From Amoebidium appalachense (taxonomy: Eukaryota; Protista; Ichthyosporea): a stretch of DNA of 64,000 bases. The stretch spans positions 19,786,125-19,850,124 of the forward strand of contig CAVNZM010000001.1 in the NCBI GenBank assembly GCA_963693365.1. The letters are read 5' to 3'. Below, one piece after another: positions 1 to 30,399 of this stretch. The notes beneath the pieces were generated by a model. The model searched no databases. It was given only the letters and a program-made list of their open reading frames with translations, and was not told the DNA's origin. The position numbers were made by a program, and so were the translations under genes. How positions within the stretch are numbered: the first letter of the stretch is position 1; every line of letters starts with the position of its first letter.

Positions 1-920
1 GAGGACCCACCGTGCAGGTCATGGGGGCTCATTATTGCTACTGTCTGGTGCTGGCAACCAGGCAGGAAAATAAATATATATGTTGTGTGTGTGTGTGCTC
101 TATATTCTTTTTTTTGTTTACTTTTATCTTAAGGGCTTGGGGTGGCCCGAGGGGGAAGGGGGGGCAGGGAGGGGAGGAGGGGTCCGATCATACTCTCGCT
201 ATCTCTCACTCTTTTCTTTTTTTTTTGGCTTTCAGATTAATAAATAACACTATCAGGCAGGAAAATAAATATAGGACATCCGCATATGACCCCTAAAACA
301 ACAGGCAGGCCTAGGGAAATAATTATTAGTTGCTTATTTGCTGTAATTGTATTTATAAAACAAAAAAAAAAGTAGGGATATTGGCCTCCTCTTATTACCT
401 ATATGCATATTATTAACACCACCACCACACAACGTGCTCTAATACGTACATATTAATTTCTGGCCGGCACACGCACACAGGCCAAACACAGGCACAGATA
501 CTGTACGCACGAGCATGAATGCCAATAAACACGTGCCTGACAGCACATGCATGTGCACATACATGTACATGCGCACGGGTGCGCACTCACAAGTACGCAT
601 GCCATGCGCACGGGCACGAAGTGTTATAATGTTTCATTATCATTACTATGATTACTATTTTTTTTTGTGGGTGGTGGTGTGAAGTAGCTACATAGAAGCA
701 TAGACCTCGAGGTCTAAGAATTCGAAGGGGCCCTCGATCTGCTGCAGGCATCATTTTATTGTAAGATGGACCTTGTACACCATGTATATACATATAAATG
801 TTGACTTTGATCATAGCAAACTCCATAGCACACTGTTGAAGAGCTCAGATCATAACGGCTCAGCTGCAGCATTCATATATAACAATGAGTCATCTCGAGT
901 CATTGGTACAGGCCAACACA

Positions 921-958
<38 letters not shown>

Positions 959-1264
959 AGAGGATGTGTTTCTGTGTGTTACCATCACAGTACACACAGA
1001 CACCGCAGCCTACACTTGCCGCCATGGCATGGCTGCTTCAATTAATCACCACATACATTAGTGTCTAAAGCCACATACTTCGTGTGCAATGTGCAATTTC
1101 AAGACTATCTCCCACTATCTCAATCTCAGTATATCTAGGACTCTGCCATGGCAGACGGGCCGCTCATGCTCAGCTAGTGCACATGTGCAATTTCACGACT
1201 ATCTCCTGCATATCTCAATTTAAGTTTGTCTATGACGTAGCCGTGGCAGGAGGGGGGCTCATAC

Positions 1265-7752
<6,488 letters not shown>

Positions 7753-8403
7753 TTTATTTGTTTACTCTACGTCCCCCTCACTCTGTGTGTGTGTGTGTGT
7801 GTGCTACCTTTGTTTGTGTGTGCCCCTTTCCTCCTCTTCTCTGTACATAGGCAGAGGGAGCTCCGGAAAAGTTGGGCCCGTCATGACACGTCATCAAGCA
7901 ACGCACAGACGCCACCGGTTGAACAAATCATTTTTATTGAATTTGGCCAGCGAGGGGTGTTTATAAACTATCTCAAGATCCACCAAGTGGTGTTTTGTGT
8001 GTAAGTTGGATTATTCGGAAGTTAGAATTTCGAGAACTTCATAAATGGCTCACGGCAGCTCCAAGGCTTTTTGAAAGCTGAACACGGTGAAGTGCCCGCG
8101 TTGCTTCGGAGACTGGCATTTCAGAGCTGACTGTAAGAGGAGAGGATGTTGAGTAGCCAGGAGAGTAGAAGAATAAGAAGTTCCAGGAGTTAGCTGGTTT
8201 AAACATAGGAAACAGTGGCCTGTGGTGTCGATTACACGAATTTGCTAATCGACAGTGGTTTAGCTGTTATAGGAATCCAAAGCTTCAGTGGGCAGTGCCT
8301 GCTTGGTGCCTATACCTGTCTCTGTTCACTATAGCTTCTGAAAGAGGGAAAACATAACTACTGTTTAAGGGCTCTGTGAGATTGTGTGTGTGTCAGGAGG
8401 AAG
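7753..8403. promoter_or_regulatory. Probable bidirectional promoter between PUB-Trx and UBE2R genes
   Basis: Head-to-head start codons about 650 bp apart; the spacer is mostly free of microsatellites. Confidence 0.55.
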
Positions 8404-9312
8404 ATGGCGGGCAAGTCTGCGTCGTCGTCCACTATCCGTGCGCTTCAGACAGAACTCAGCGACCTGACACGGCACCCTGTGGAGGGTTTTGATGTTAAGG
8501 TCTGTGTTGTTCCCATCACCACCTCAATCACCCCCACCCCAAACCCAACCCTCAACTCTCCACCCAGCTCCCGTTAACATGCGAACCTCCCGCCCCCCCC
8601 CCCCCCCCCCCCTTGCCGGTCGGCATTTTTTTTGTGGGCCAGGCGTGCTCCCCCCCCCCCCCCCCCCCCACCCACCACCACCACCACCACCTACCCTCCC
8701 CATCCTCAGCCACCCACGCACCCACGCACCCATCCCCGGCCCCTATTATAGATCTGGGCAGATGTGGCTGTGCCGGCGCTGTAATCTTTGCTTTTGGACA
8801 TGTGTTGAGGGCTGTATAAGGCTCCTCTCTGGATCTGTTTTGCTCATTTATTCCGCTCATGCATAGGTTAAGGTTTGCGCACGCTCGCTGGAGGTTGCTG
8901 CGTGTTATTGATGTATGCTTATTCCGCCTGTTGGTGCTTGCATGGTTGCGTGAGAATGTGTGTGCCTTTTGGTGTTTTCACACGTGTGTTGTGTGTGCTT
9001 TGCAGCTGTGGTGGCCATCTTAGGTCTCACTCATCTCCCGTTACCTCAAATACCATCCCTCTTCCTTACTATGTATTAGTCTTCACGCCATGCTTCTTTC
9101 TCCCCCACCCATCCTTCCTTGCCCCTCTCTTTCTTCCTCTCACCCCTCTTCTCGTGCTTCCCCCCATCTCTCCTGTCCTTTCTCTTCTTTTCTCGTCCTG
9201 TGTTCTTGTTTCTGCCAAGGCCTTTGGCCGTCTACCTTCCCGTGTCGCCTGGCATCAAACCAGTCAAGTGTCCCGCTACCATTCATTCTGTTTTCTTGCC
9301 CGGCACCCTGAA

Positions 9313-9348
<36 letters not shown>

Positions 9349-10367
9349 CCGCCGCCCCCTGCGCACACACACACACCACTAGCGCCGATGCTCCTCGTTC
9401 CTCTCGCTTAACTGCTTTTCTTCCTCCTCCTCTCCCGATCCCCCCCCCTTTCCCCCCTCCCCCGCCCCAACAAAAAACCCGCACAACAGAACGCATACAC
9501 GGAAACATTCGAGTTTCCTGCCTTGCATCGGTCAGTTTCTGCTTGTCGTGCGTGACATTGTAGTTTCCGTTTCTCCCCCTCACTGCAACCACTACTTTTC
9601 AGTCCCAGCTCTTTTTTGCCTGTATACATGATTTTTTCTTTCCTCTGTGCTGTGGCCGCTCTATGCGCTGCGCGGTGTTCTGTGTTTTTATGCCTTTGCA
9701 AATCGTACAGGGCACTACTGTGTTTGGACACCCCTTTTCGCCATGTATATCGTTCTCTCTCTTTCTCCCTCTCCCTCTCTCTCCCTTATTATCTCTCTTT
9801 CTTTCCCCCCTCCCCCTCTTCCCCCCTCCCCCCCCCCGACTCCCTCACTTTTCCGCCCGGCCCTCCCTCCCTCCCTCCCTCCTTTCTTCCCTCGCTCCTC
9901 CCCCCTCCCCCCCCAACCCCCCCCCCCCCACACACACACACACATTCGCTCTGCTCAAGCGTCTCCTGCCTGCACAGTTAGTTCTGGTTTCTGTTTGCTC
10001 CTTTCTTTGCTCCCCCAATGCAAAACCCCCCCCCCCCCCCCCCCCCTCCCCCCCCCCCTCTCCCCTCTCTGAAGATGAGCTCTGCTTATTTTGCATACTC
10101 TTTAGGTGTGGCTTGCACTCTGCATTGTGTTGTCCGTTGTGAATGTGTGCTTCGTACTCTATGGCTCATATAACCCCCCCCCCCCCCCCCCTCCCCCCCC
10201 CCTGTCCCCCTACCCTTACATACACCCACACGTTGGCCCATGTGCAGGTTGCCAACGAAGACAACCTGTTTGAGTGGGATGTTGCCATCTACGGCCCTCC
10301 AGACACAATCTACCAGGGGGGACTGTTCAAGGTGTGTGCACGTGCAAACATGCTGGTATATGTGGGG

Positions 10368-10401
<34 letters not shown>

Positions 10402-10819
10402 ATTTGTGTGTGTACGTGTGCGTGCGTGTGCGCGCCGCAGCATGTGTGCGTCAAGATAGGCGGAATACCTCTTGTAATGGTGGCTGTTTTTGCATTCCAC
10501 CTGTGCTTTTATATATGCCTTTGTGTGGAGTGTTGAGATCTGTGTGCAGGGAACAGGATTCGCTGGTTAACCATCTCTTTTGTGCTTGACTTGGAGCGCC
10601 CTGCACATTTCCCTATGCGCGAGTGTTTATGATAGTAGGAATTTGGGAGGATGCGTGTGTGTATGTTTCCCGCGGGGGGGGGGGGGGGGGGGGGGGGGGT
10701 AAAGAGAAGCTTCGAAATTTTTTGCGTAGCTCAATTGCTTGGTTCTTCTTTTTGATTGTTTGATACTTGCCGAACACGTGTGTGCATTGGGCATTCTCAT
10801 TTGCGCAACTTGCTACCAG

Positions 10820-10853
<34 letters not shown>

Positions 10854-11249
10854 CCCTCCCCCTTCCCCCCTCGGGGACTCCTGGGGCTCATCCCAGCTAC
10901 TTTCTGGGGACACCCCGGTTTGACTGAAGAAGGAAGCGGGAGAAAACAATGGGGAGAATGCAGTGAAGAAGTAGGGCAGGCCTGAAAGAGATGAAGAGGG
11001 TGCAAGAAATTGGAAGTGTGGTTCGAATGACCGGATGTGTGGATGCTTGTGGACTGTTGTGGGGGTGGCTGTGGGTTGATAAGTGGGTGGTTTATGTGTC
11101 TGCGTGGTGTACTTATTCGTTGTTTGCGCATTTACGCATGTGCGGGCCTGGACGCATGCTTGTGTGTGCATGTGCATGTGTGGGCGTGTGGTTGCGTTGT
11201 AGGGACTGCATGCGGATGCATGTGTGTGACTGTGTATGCGCGGACACGT

Positions 11250-11335
<86 letters not shown>

Positions 11336-11361
11336 CAGTGTATGCAAACACGTGTGTGTGT

Positions 11362-11396
<35 letters not shown>

Positions 11397-12220
11397 GTGT
11401 GGCTCTTTCCAGTTACTGTTCTAATGGTCAAACACACCCTACACCACAGGCGCGAATCAAGTTCCCCTCGGACTACCCGTTCAGCCCGCCCAAGGTGATG
11501 TTTGTGACGGAGATGTGGCACCCCAACATCTTCTACCCGCACGGGGAGCTGTGCATCTCCATCTTGCACCCCGCAGTCAACGACCCAACGTCCGGGGAGC
11601 GCCCCGAGGAGCGCTGGAACCCCACCCAGAACGTCAGGTGCGGCCCTGCCTGTAATCCATGTTAGGAGAGATGGGTGGAGGGAAATGCTGTCTGTTGCAA
11701 CGGCACTTGCTGCGCATAGGCTGGACTTTGGCTCTGGTGGCATGCATGCCATATCTGCTATGCTGGGGATATGTGGTTTGTTTTTGTTTTTTTTGGTTGT
11801 ATTTTTTTTGTTGGTTTTTTTCTTTTGGTTTGGGGCGGCGAGATGGGGGGTCGAGGGGATTGTTGGGGGGGGAGGAGGGGGGGGGAGGAAACGGCAAGGT
11901 CACTTAGCAATGTCGAGATGACCACAGATCACGAATGCCAGAGCTACCACAACCAGATGACCACAGATCACGAATGATTGTCAGAGCTACCGCAACCATC
12001 AGAACTATACTGGGAAGCATGGGGTTTGTTTTACATCTTCGAGCTTGGAGCTCGTGTTGAATTACGAGAATTGTGGACGTATATAGGTGCACACACTCAC
12101 ACGCCCACGCCCACGCTCTCTCTGGCGCACGCGTCCGTTGTAGTCATTCCTGCGTGTGCGGTACATGACTGATGCATCCACGTTGGCTGGGAGCTTGCAC
12201 TTGCGCACGCACGCACACGC

Positions 12221-12287
<67 letters not shown>

Positions 12288-13094
12288 ACCATCCTGATCA
12301 GCGTGATCTCGATGCTGAGTGAGCCCAACATCAGCAGCCCAGCCAACGTGGATGCATCAGTCATGTACCGTACACGAAGGAATGACTACAATGAACGCGT
12401 GCGCCAGCTTGTCTTGAAGAGCAAGGCAGATGCGGAAAAGTATGCATGCCCCCTCCCCCCCCCCCCCCCCCCCCCCCCGCCTCTCCCCTAGCTTGGGCTG
12501 CCCGCCTGCCGTGCCTGTTCTCCTGTCTGTGCATGTGGTGTGTATGTGCAGGGCCTGAGGCTCTGAGGTGCAAAGAGACTAGGCAAAGCTGGTAAACAAA
12601 ATTGGCAGCTCCTGCAGCACAAAGGATGGGGGGGCCAGGAGTTTATATGCTGATCATTCCATGCCATGCATTAAATGTGATGACGGGACATCTTGTGCAA
12701 GGCCGAGAGTACCGACGGGGAGAGGGGTGGGGAGCGGGGATCGATGGGCTGTATCTCGCATTGAAGGGGAGGAGGGGAGGGGAAAGGGAGGGGGGGAGGA
12801 AGGAGGAGGAGAGCGGCGGGGCGGGCGGGGGGGGGGGGGGGGGGGGGGGGAGGGGGGGGGGTGCAGGGAAGTATGTTAGAACAGCAGGGAGCATCGGAGT
12901 GGTAATGGTTGGTGTGGACCAGGGAGGGGATCTTTGTGCCCAGCACTGTGGAGGAATACACCATGCGCACACAACTGCGCAAGCCTGAGCCCGAGCTGGA
13001 TGCATTTGACATGCTGCATGACAGTGACGACCAGTACGAGGATGAGGGCGATAGCTACGAGGAGGATGAAGAGGAGGAGGAGGAGGAGAATTAG
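8404..13094 (+). CDS. CDC34: Ubiquitin-conjugating enzyme E2, Cdc34/UBE2R family, 5 exons
   Basis: Exons 8404-8499, 10248-10331, 11450-11637, 12287-12439, 12923-13094 splice in frame. Motifs: [25 protein letters not shown], catalytic LCISILHP followed by the family acidic loop ([20 protein letters not shown]), [10 protein letters not shown], and an acidic C-terminal tail. Confidence 0.93.
10068..10173 (+). repeat. 5'-truncated copy of the structured dispersed repeat (family A), in Cdc34 intron 1
   Basis: gatgagctctgcttattttgcatactc...tgcactctgcattgtgttgtcc...tgtgcttcgtact aligns to the 3' half of the copies at 15372 and 30843; followed by poly-C. Confidence 0.7.
11917..11998 (+). repeat. Two-copy ~40-bp tandem repeat
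   Basis: agatgaccacagatcacgaatg..cagagctacc(a/g)caacca occurs twice in succession. Confidence 0.85.
12122..12407. repeat. 70-bp inverted repeat: intron arm 12122-12191, exon-4 arm 12338-12407
   Basis: The reverse complement of 12122-12191 matches Cdc34 coding sequence 12338-12407 at 66/70 positions. Confidence 0.95.
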
Positions 13095-13245
13095 GTGTGT
13101 GTGCATACAGGCACACACGTGCACATGCATATGCACACACACACACACAGTCGTATTAGAAGCTGGTGGTGTGCGCTGACGGTGGTGGCTGGTGTGTGTG
13201 TGCATGTGAGTGTTAATTGGTTGGGTTAGGTGGGGGAGGGGTGAT

Positions 13246-13286
<41 letters not shown>

Positions 13287-14548
13287 TGTGATTGGAGAAA
13301 GCACAGGGGGGAGGGGGTTCAATAGTATATGGAAATGACGAACTTTGACGATCGTGTGGTAGATTCTTTGGGTTATATGTTGGTGATCTCACTGTTATTG
13401 GGGTTTGATGCTGTTCGTTTGTGTCGTCACATTCAAATCTTCCGTTCTTGTCAGACCATCTGTACTGCAGAGTCTTTGGGTGTTGTCCTTTTCTCGTTTG
13501 TTTTCGGGGAGATTCGGTTTAATGCGCTGCATTTGGGTCTTTTGTCGAATCTGTTTGTACGCGTTTGTTTCAGGTTATCTTCGATCGGGTGTTGCCGTCA
13601 TATGTACGTTTTCTTTGGCTGCTGACAGTGTGTTACAGTATGCATCTGTATTGCCTTTAGAATGGCTGTTGGTTCACACACTACAACAAGAAAAGAGCAC
13701 TGCAATAGGGTATCTGTTTGCTTGAGTGGGATAGTACACATTTCGTATTGTAGCATGTAGTAAGATTTTGCCATCTTCGTACTCATAATCGAATCAATAA
13801 ACCATCAATAACATCTTTTCTTCGGTCACAGTTTTAGGCACACACGGAACCCGAACACCCCGTATGCATGGTGAATACTGGTTATTTGTGAAGTGCAGCA
13901 TGATGCATGAGGGCTCTCTCGTACTGCTCGGGCGGGGAAGTATGGACACAAACGTTGCCGTGCCCTTGAATTCCACCTTTACCCCCCCCCCCCCCCCCCC
14001 CCCCCCCCCTTCCCCCCCCCCAACACACACACATCGATAAACATGATCAATTTATTCGATTCATAACCAAGTCTAAGGTGCTACTCCATGCTATACCCCA
14101 CCAGTGGGCATCCCGGCTACAATAAATCTTGCACGTGCAGAGTCAAAACGACTTCGTCGGTGTAGTTTCATATTTAAGAGTTGGCATTCATACGCGAAGT
14201 CTAGTAATTAGTCGCACCCAAGTATTATTATGCAGTTATCAACACCGAAGTTTAGCTAACAACAAGAAAATCATCAATAACCTCAAGACGACAACTGGGG
14301 CTGTACGTAATACTCACCCAACACGCAAGAAAGCGCGTGTATGGCTATGTGGGTGGGTGTGCCCTAGCACTCCTTGGTGGTCTGTTTTCCTGGGTGCATG
14401 GCTACACGCGTGTACGTATGGTGGTGACCATACAGATGTCCAACTCTCAAAATAAACAGACCAACCAATTGACATGGTTTATGCAGACATTTGGCTTGCA
14501 AACCTAGTACACTTCCCCAGCCCCCCCCCCCCCCCCCCCCCCCCCCCA

Positions 14549-14582
<34 letters not shown>

Positions 14583-14758
14583 ACTCACCCACCACCACCT
14601 TCTTCCCCCTCTCTTCTCTCTTATACAAGAGCTTCCCTAGCCCACCTCACTCTCCCAATCTCTTTTTCCTCTCATACAAGCTTAGGAGGGGGGGAGGGGG
14701 GGGGGGGGAGGGGGGGGGGGGGGGACGGAGTAATCAAGCATTATCCCCGGCCTCATCA

Positions 14759-20815
<6,057 letters not shown>

Positions 20816-21032
20816 ATTGCTGGGATATGGGTGGTCACGAAGGTGGGAAGACGTGGCCGGAAAAAAAGATCTTCAACTTGTGGTTTTTGGTTGGAGGCTG
20901 TAAAAGAAGCCTAGATTCCGTTGTAGTGGCGACTAGCGGAGAAGTTCACGTTGCCATAAACTAGCAAAGAAAGCAATGACAGGGCCGGGTGAAAAGTGTA
21001 CTTTTTGCCTGTGTAGGTTGCGGTGGGCATGA

Positions 21033-21110
21033 TGACGTCATGTTAATATTTTGGCGCCAAAACTCATTTGTTTGATTGGCTCTAATGTTTGTGTACCGCA
21101 AGATGATTGG
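21033..21110. promoter_or_regulatory. Bidirectional promoter motifs: CRE (TGACGTCA), palindromic E2F-like site (TTTTGGCGCCAAAA), two CCAAT boxes
   Basis: TGACGTCA 21033-21040; TTTTGGCGCCAAAA 21049-21062; GATTGG at 21074 and 21105; lies between the divergent RPAIN and O-methyltransferase starts. Confidence 0.6.
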
Positions 21111-21269
21111 CCGAGAGGAAAAGAAAATAGCTCAGCACATACAGTCTCACACTCATTCTTCAGTTCTTGTAACGGTTCTTGTTTCAGTGAGTTCGTTTAA
21201 AAAAAAAATACAAGTACAGTGCTACTAGTTCGCTGTCCTTTCCCTCCCTCTCTCCCACACACACTAAAC

Positions 21270-22138
21270 ATGACGTCCCTCCCTCCTCTACCTCCCTGCA
21301 CAGATGGGCTCGCGTGGGATCTTTGGCAGTCCCAACACCTCACCCCGTGTGTGTCTGTTGCGTGCGAAGCTGGTCTATTTGACGCCGTGGGTAGAACCCC
21401 GGGAATAACTTATCAAGAGCTTGCGAAGGACCTCGATGTGGGCGTGAGGGGGGCGCGGGCTCTGTGCAACGGTAGGTGTGTGTTTGTGGAAGAGTGAGTG
21501 AGGAAGGTGTGGTCACACTTATGTGCACAGGTGCATTTGTGTGCAGAGGGTTTGAGGGGGGTCAGGCAGAAAGTTGGGGGTTTTGGAGAGAAAGGAGGAA
21601 GGGGGGCAGGAGGGGAAAGGTGGGAGGGGGGTGGGGGGGGGGAGGGGACGGATGGCAAGAGGAAGGAGTCGGACATGAGGGTGGGGGGGAAGGGTGGGAA
21701 AGAGGAGGTTCGGTGAAGGGTTTACTGTGGGTGAGAGTTTTGGGCTGAGAGCATGTCTGGAGTGCTCGTCTTTCTCTGCTTGTGTCCGTTATATGTTCGT
21801 CTTGCGCACCCAAGATCTTGCTATCCCCTTGCTCATTGAAAACGAAAGCAAATGTTGAAGAGTTTACTGCTTTACTCTGATGAACCGTGGTGACTGTCTA
21901 CTAGTTGATTCTCTTGCCTTACAGCTGTTTCACTGGCTCCATAGTTGGGAGGTTGGGTGGGAGCCGGATTGTTTAGTTAGTACGAGTGGTTTACAGAATA
22001 ATAGCAGCATAGAATTTAGTATTTAGAACCCCCGGGAAGGGGGGGAGGGGGGGGGGGGGGGGGAGGGGGAGGGGGGCAACCAATCGGTGCCGTGGGTGAG
22101 TTCGCCTTTTTTTTTTTTTTTTTTTTTTTTCTTGAAGA

Positions 22139-22179
<41 letters not shown>

Positions 22180-22844
22180 GGGGTAGTGGGGCCTGCGTTG
22201 CCTCAACATTGGACGGGGAGCGGAGCCGGGGGGGGGGGGGGGGGGGGGGGTCTGTTTACCTGTGCCTCTGGTTTCAAGGTTATCTCTGCCCGACTTTACG
22301 TGCATGCACACACATACCCCTTTTACTTAAGAAAGTGTGGGGCTTTTTCGAGACCGCCTCTCTCCCTCTCTCTCGACCTATCTTTCATAGCTACCAGTTG
22401 GGTCATATCCTGCAAGCCGTATCCATGTCTGAGCTGTTTGCCTGTTTCCCTGTTTTTGGCGTCCAGCTGTCACCCTTCCTTGGTGTCTGCACCACGCGCC
22501 ACTCATTCCCTTTGCGATACATCCCTCTCCGCAGTATTGCTCTCACTCACCTTTACCTCACTACCGCCCTCCCTCCCCCTCCCCCCTCCCCCCCTCCTCT
22601 TTCTCCTATTCATACCCCCATTCATATTGCAGATGTGCACACGCTTTCTCTGTCACACTGTTCCTCTCTCTCTCTCCTCCCCTGCCCCACCTCTCTCACT
22701 CCCTTTTCGTCTAACTCACCAATACCACTACCCTCCCTTTGCATTCCTAACACATTCCCCTTCTCCTTCCCCCCCCCCTCACCCTCCCCCTCTCCCCCCC
22801 CCCCCCCAAAAAAAAAAAAAAAAAAAAAAAAACACATCCACACG

Positions 22845-22885
<41 letters not shown>

Positions 22886-23695
22886 CTTGTTGCAGTAGGT
22901 CTTCTCCGTCGTCACTGCAACGGCCATCACCTGACCCCAACGGCCAGCACTTTTTTCGACCCAAATAAGGAAACATACTGGGGTGCAATGTACAAGATGG
23001 ATACGTGTGCCTTAATGCGCCAGCAATTGATGGACGCACTAAAACGCGACAAGTTTATTGGCAGTGCGGCAGTATGGGAGTCGGGGCAAATGAGTGAGGA
23101 GAAAGCCGAGGAGTTATCACGTGCTTTCCACGCCCATTCCCTTCCCGCCGCCCGGGGCCTGGCGCACTCCAGCCTCATCCATTCGCTGAAAATCACACAC
23201 GTTTTGGACGTGGGAGCTGGATCGGGGTGCTTTGCGATTGCCCTTGCCCAATCAGGAATCAAAACGACGGTTATGGATTTACCGGCGGTGTGTGCAGTGG
23301 CGCAGAAATATGCCGAGAAAGACAACGTGACCCTTGGGACGTATGGCTGTGATATGTTCAGAGAGAAGTGGCCGGACCATATTGGGGTGGACTGTGTTTT
23401 CTTCTCAAACATTTTCCACGATTGGACCGACGAACAAAACGACTCCCTAGCCAAATCTGCTTTTGAAATTCTGCCATCAGGGGGTTTTATCGCTCTTCAC
23501 GAGATGCTTCTAAATGACAACGAAGATGGACCCCTCACAGCGGTTCTGTTTTCTCTCCACATGTTGCTCTACACAAAGGGCAGGCAGTTTTCCTTCCCGG
23601 ATCTGCGCAAAACGCTAGAGAGGGCAGGGTTTGTGGATGTCAAGACGAGCCCCAGCTACGGCCACTACTCTATTGTCTATGGACGCAAGCCGTAG
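21270..23695 (+). CDS. SAM-dependent O-methyltransferase (ASMT/COMT-like, Methyltransf_2 with dimerisation domain), 2 exons
   Basis: Exons 21270-21471 and 22884-23695. N-terminal A.EAGLFD..GITYQELA..L; motifs VLDVGAGSG, TVMDLP.V, CDMF, SNIFHDW, L.SGG...LHEMLL. Confidence 0.88.
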
Positions 23696-24300
23696 GTTAT
23701 CCGGGAACTGAGGAGCTCATAAGGTTTACCCGCGCAGATTTTTTGTTATTGTAGGATGTAACGCTTCCTATAAAAAAAAAATTGCTGTTGGGGGAAGGGG
23801 GGGGGGGGGGGGATATTGAGTTGCGATGTTTCACTGCACACACTAGTGAGTACTTTACACCAACCAATCACATGCATGCAGGTTGGGGTTAAGTATACTC
23901 ACACATACACGTCACCGTCGCTCGCATTGTTCACGAGCACACTGTAGGGCAATTGCAAGTCACCAGGGATGGAGAATGGTGATGTGAAAATGAGAAAATG
24001 AGGACTCAACTATGATTGAAAAAATTCATTCGGCCTTCAGGCTAAGTGCATGCAGTAGGACTTCTTGGATTGCTATCCCTTATGCTGTTCTCTCTCCTTT
24101 TTCTTTGTTTGGCACATCGACCGGTTTGGTGTGTGTGTGGTGGGGGGGGGGGGGGGGGGGGGGGGAGGCACCTGGTGGGCTTTGAATGGAAGGTTTTCAC
24201 TGTAGGTGTGTATCCTCGGGAAGGCTTTTCTATTTTTTTTTATCGCATTCATTCTTTCAGGCTTTCTGTTTGTTTTTTTGTTTTGGTTTTTTTTTGCGGT

Positions 24301-24339
<39 letters not shown>

Positions 24340-24649
24340 TGCTAGAGGTTGATAAGAACAGGTGCCAGACTATTTATATGACCAACAGCTGCAGAACCGT
24401 TTCTTATCATGAGTTAGTAACTAAATCAATATTATATTAACAATGATCGATCATATATGTAAATTCATGTATAATGATCATGAAGAGTCGCGAGCACCTG
24501 GTCTTGAAATTCAAAAAAGAGATCCACACAACAAAGAGGTCGAATGCGACGACTGGGCCCGGGGCCAGGGGAATTAATACAGTACCTGTACAGTACCTCT
24601 TGGGAATTTGTAAACTAGAATTTGGTGGGTGGGGCGGACGGGGCCCGGT

Positions 24650-24715
<66 letters not shown>

Positions 24716-25710
24716 GGAGGCCGGGGGGAGGCCGTGGACATGACTGAATTTCAAAGTGCACGTGTATACGTGCCCCGTATGGATGTATTATGATATCTTG
24801 AGTGATAGAATGTCAGCAGTGAAAATTATACTTTGTTGTGTGGATCTAACTGATGTCAATACGTATGGTAATTCCGTACGTACGTATACGCCTCGAGCTC
24901 GCTGGCGTACGTATCGCGTGATGGTATGGCTGCCAAAACACGTGTTCTGACCAGGCCTGGCCTGGCGCGGCATGTGCACCACGTGCACGGTGCACGCACA
25001 CAAGGCCGTGCACGTGCAGCTATCATGCACTGCACGCCTTCGAATTCGATCCAGACGCCTGGTGCTGGCCACCGGCTGGGGCCAGAGTCTGGCCAGCCTC
25101 ACAGTGTTTTCTCAAATTACCACCTCTTTGACAAGTGCAAAAGGAACATGTACAGCTTCAAGTAGCATCTATAATCAGGTCCTACTATACTGGCACTGGT
25201 AGGCTCGCTGTGTGGAAATATTAGAAGTTGCAGAAATAGAAATCCAAAAAAAAACTTCATGACAGTGTGATGATCCGGCGCCGGGCAGTCTGGCAGTGGC
25301 AGATCTAGACCCACGTCACCCCAGAATCTTAGATTTTATTCCGCCAATCAGAAATGCCTAATGTCGATTCTGATTGGCTCTCTCGATGGTGAGCCACCCA
25401 TTTGAATTTCTGCAGATTGCGAAGGTGAGCTGCGCTTGAAGACAATGCACAAAACACAACACACTGTGTCTAACGACGGGTGCACTGGACAGAGTTACAT
25501 GTCGAAGAATGATACCTCGTTGTAGGTTTTTAGCGTAGGAATATGTGCTTGGCATCATCTTGCACATTTCAGTAAAGCAAGTTCCCTGCTGTAGTATGCA
25601 TAGATAGGTATGTTAATGCGATTTGAATGGCGACTCACCTGGAAATAAGTGCGATACAAACACACCCCACTACACATTGTTGTCGTAGGCTATCGAACAA
25701 CTAGCTGAAA

Positions 25711-29752
<4,042 letters not shown>

Positions 29753-30334
29753 GAAATGGCATGAAGCAACCACTTGAATCATGGATGAAATGAATGTATA
29801 GTCCCAAGAACATCCTAGAATGCACATGAGGTTTCGGTATCCGGGCCGGGCTGTGCAGCACGGTGTATTGCGATGTTAATTTCTTTTGGGGGAAACAGGC
29901 CCGCATGTATGTAATTTTATTTAACACAACAGAAATACGGAAAAGAGAACTGGATGGAGTTGTATGTATCATAACACTTGTCGCAGCTACTGCGCTTTTA
30001 TTTTTTGCTCCGATCGATTGAATTTTCGTAGTATCTAACTTGATCGGTTTTTTCGCCGATCTCGATGGATCCGAATAAAACAGCTCTTGCCCATACGTGC
30101 CGTGGCTATCGTGTGCAGGTGTGCATCCATGTGTGTGTGTGTCTGCATTGGGACTGAATGAGTCTCGGATGGGTGAGAATGATAGTTGGGGCGGGGGAGG
30201 GGGGGGAGGGGGGGGGGGGCAGAGTGCACTACAAAAACGCTCAAAGAGCTACTGATGACGGATTTCGCAATGCAGATATGCAAAAGAGAACAAACAAAGA
30301 GTGGTGGAGTGTAATGATGGAAGTGTGTCTTTTT

Positions 30335-30399
<65 letters not shown>

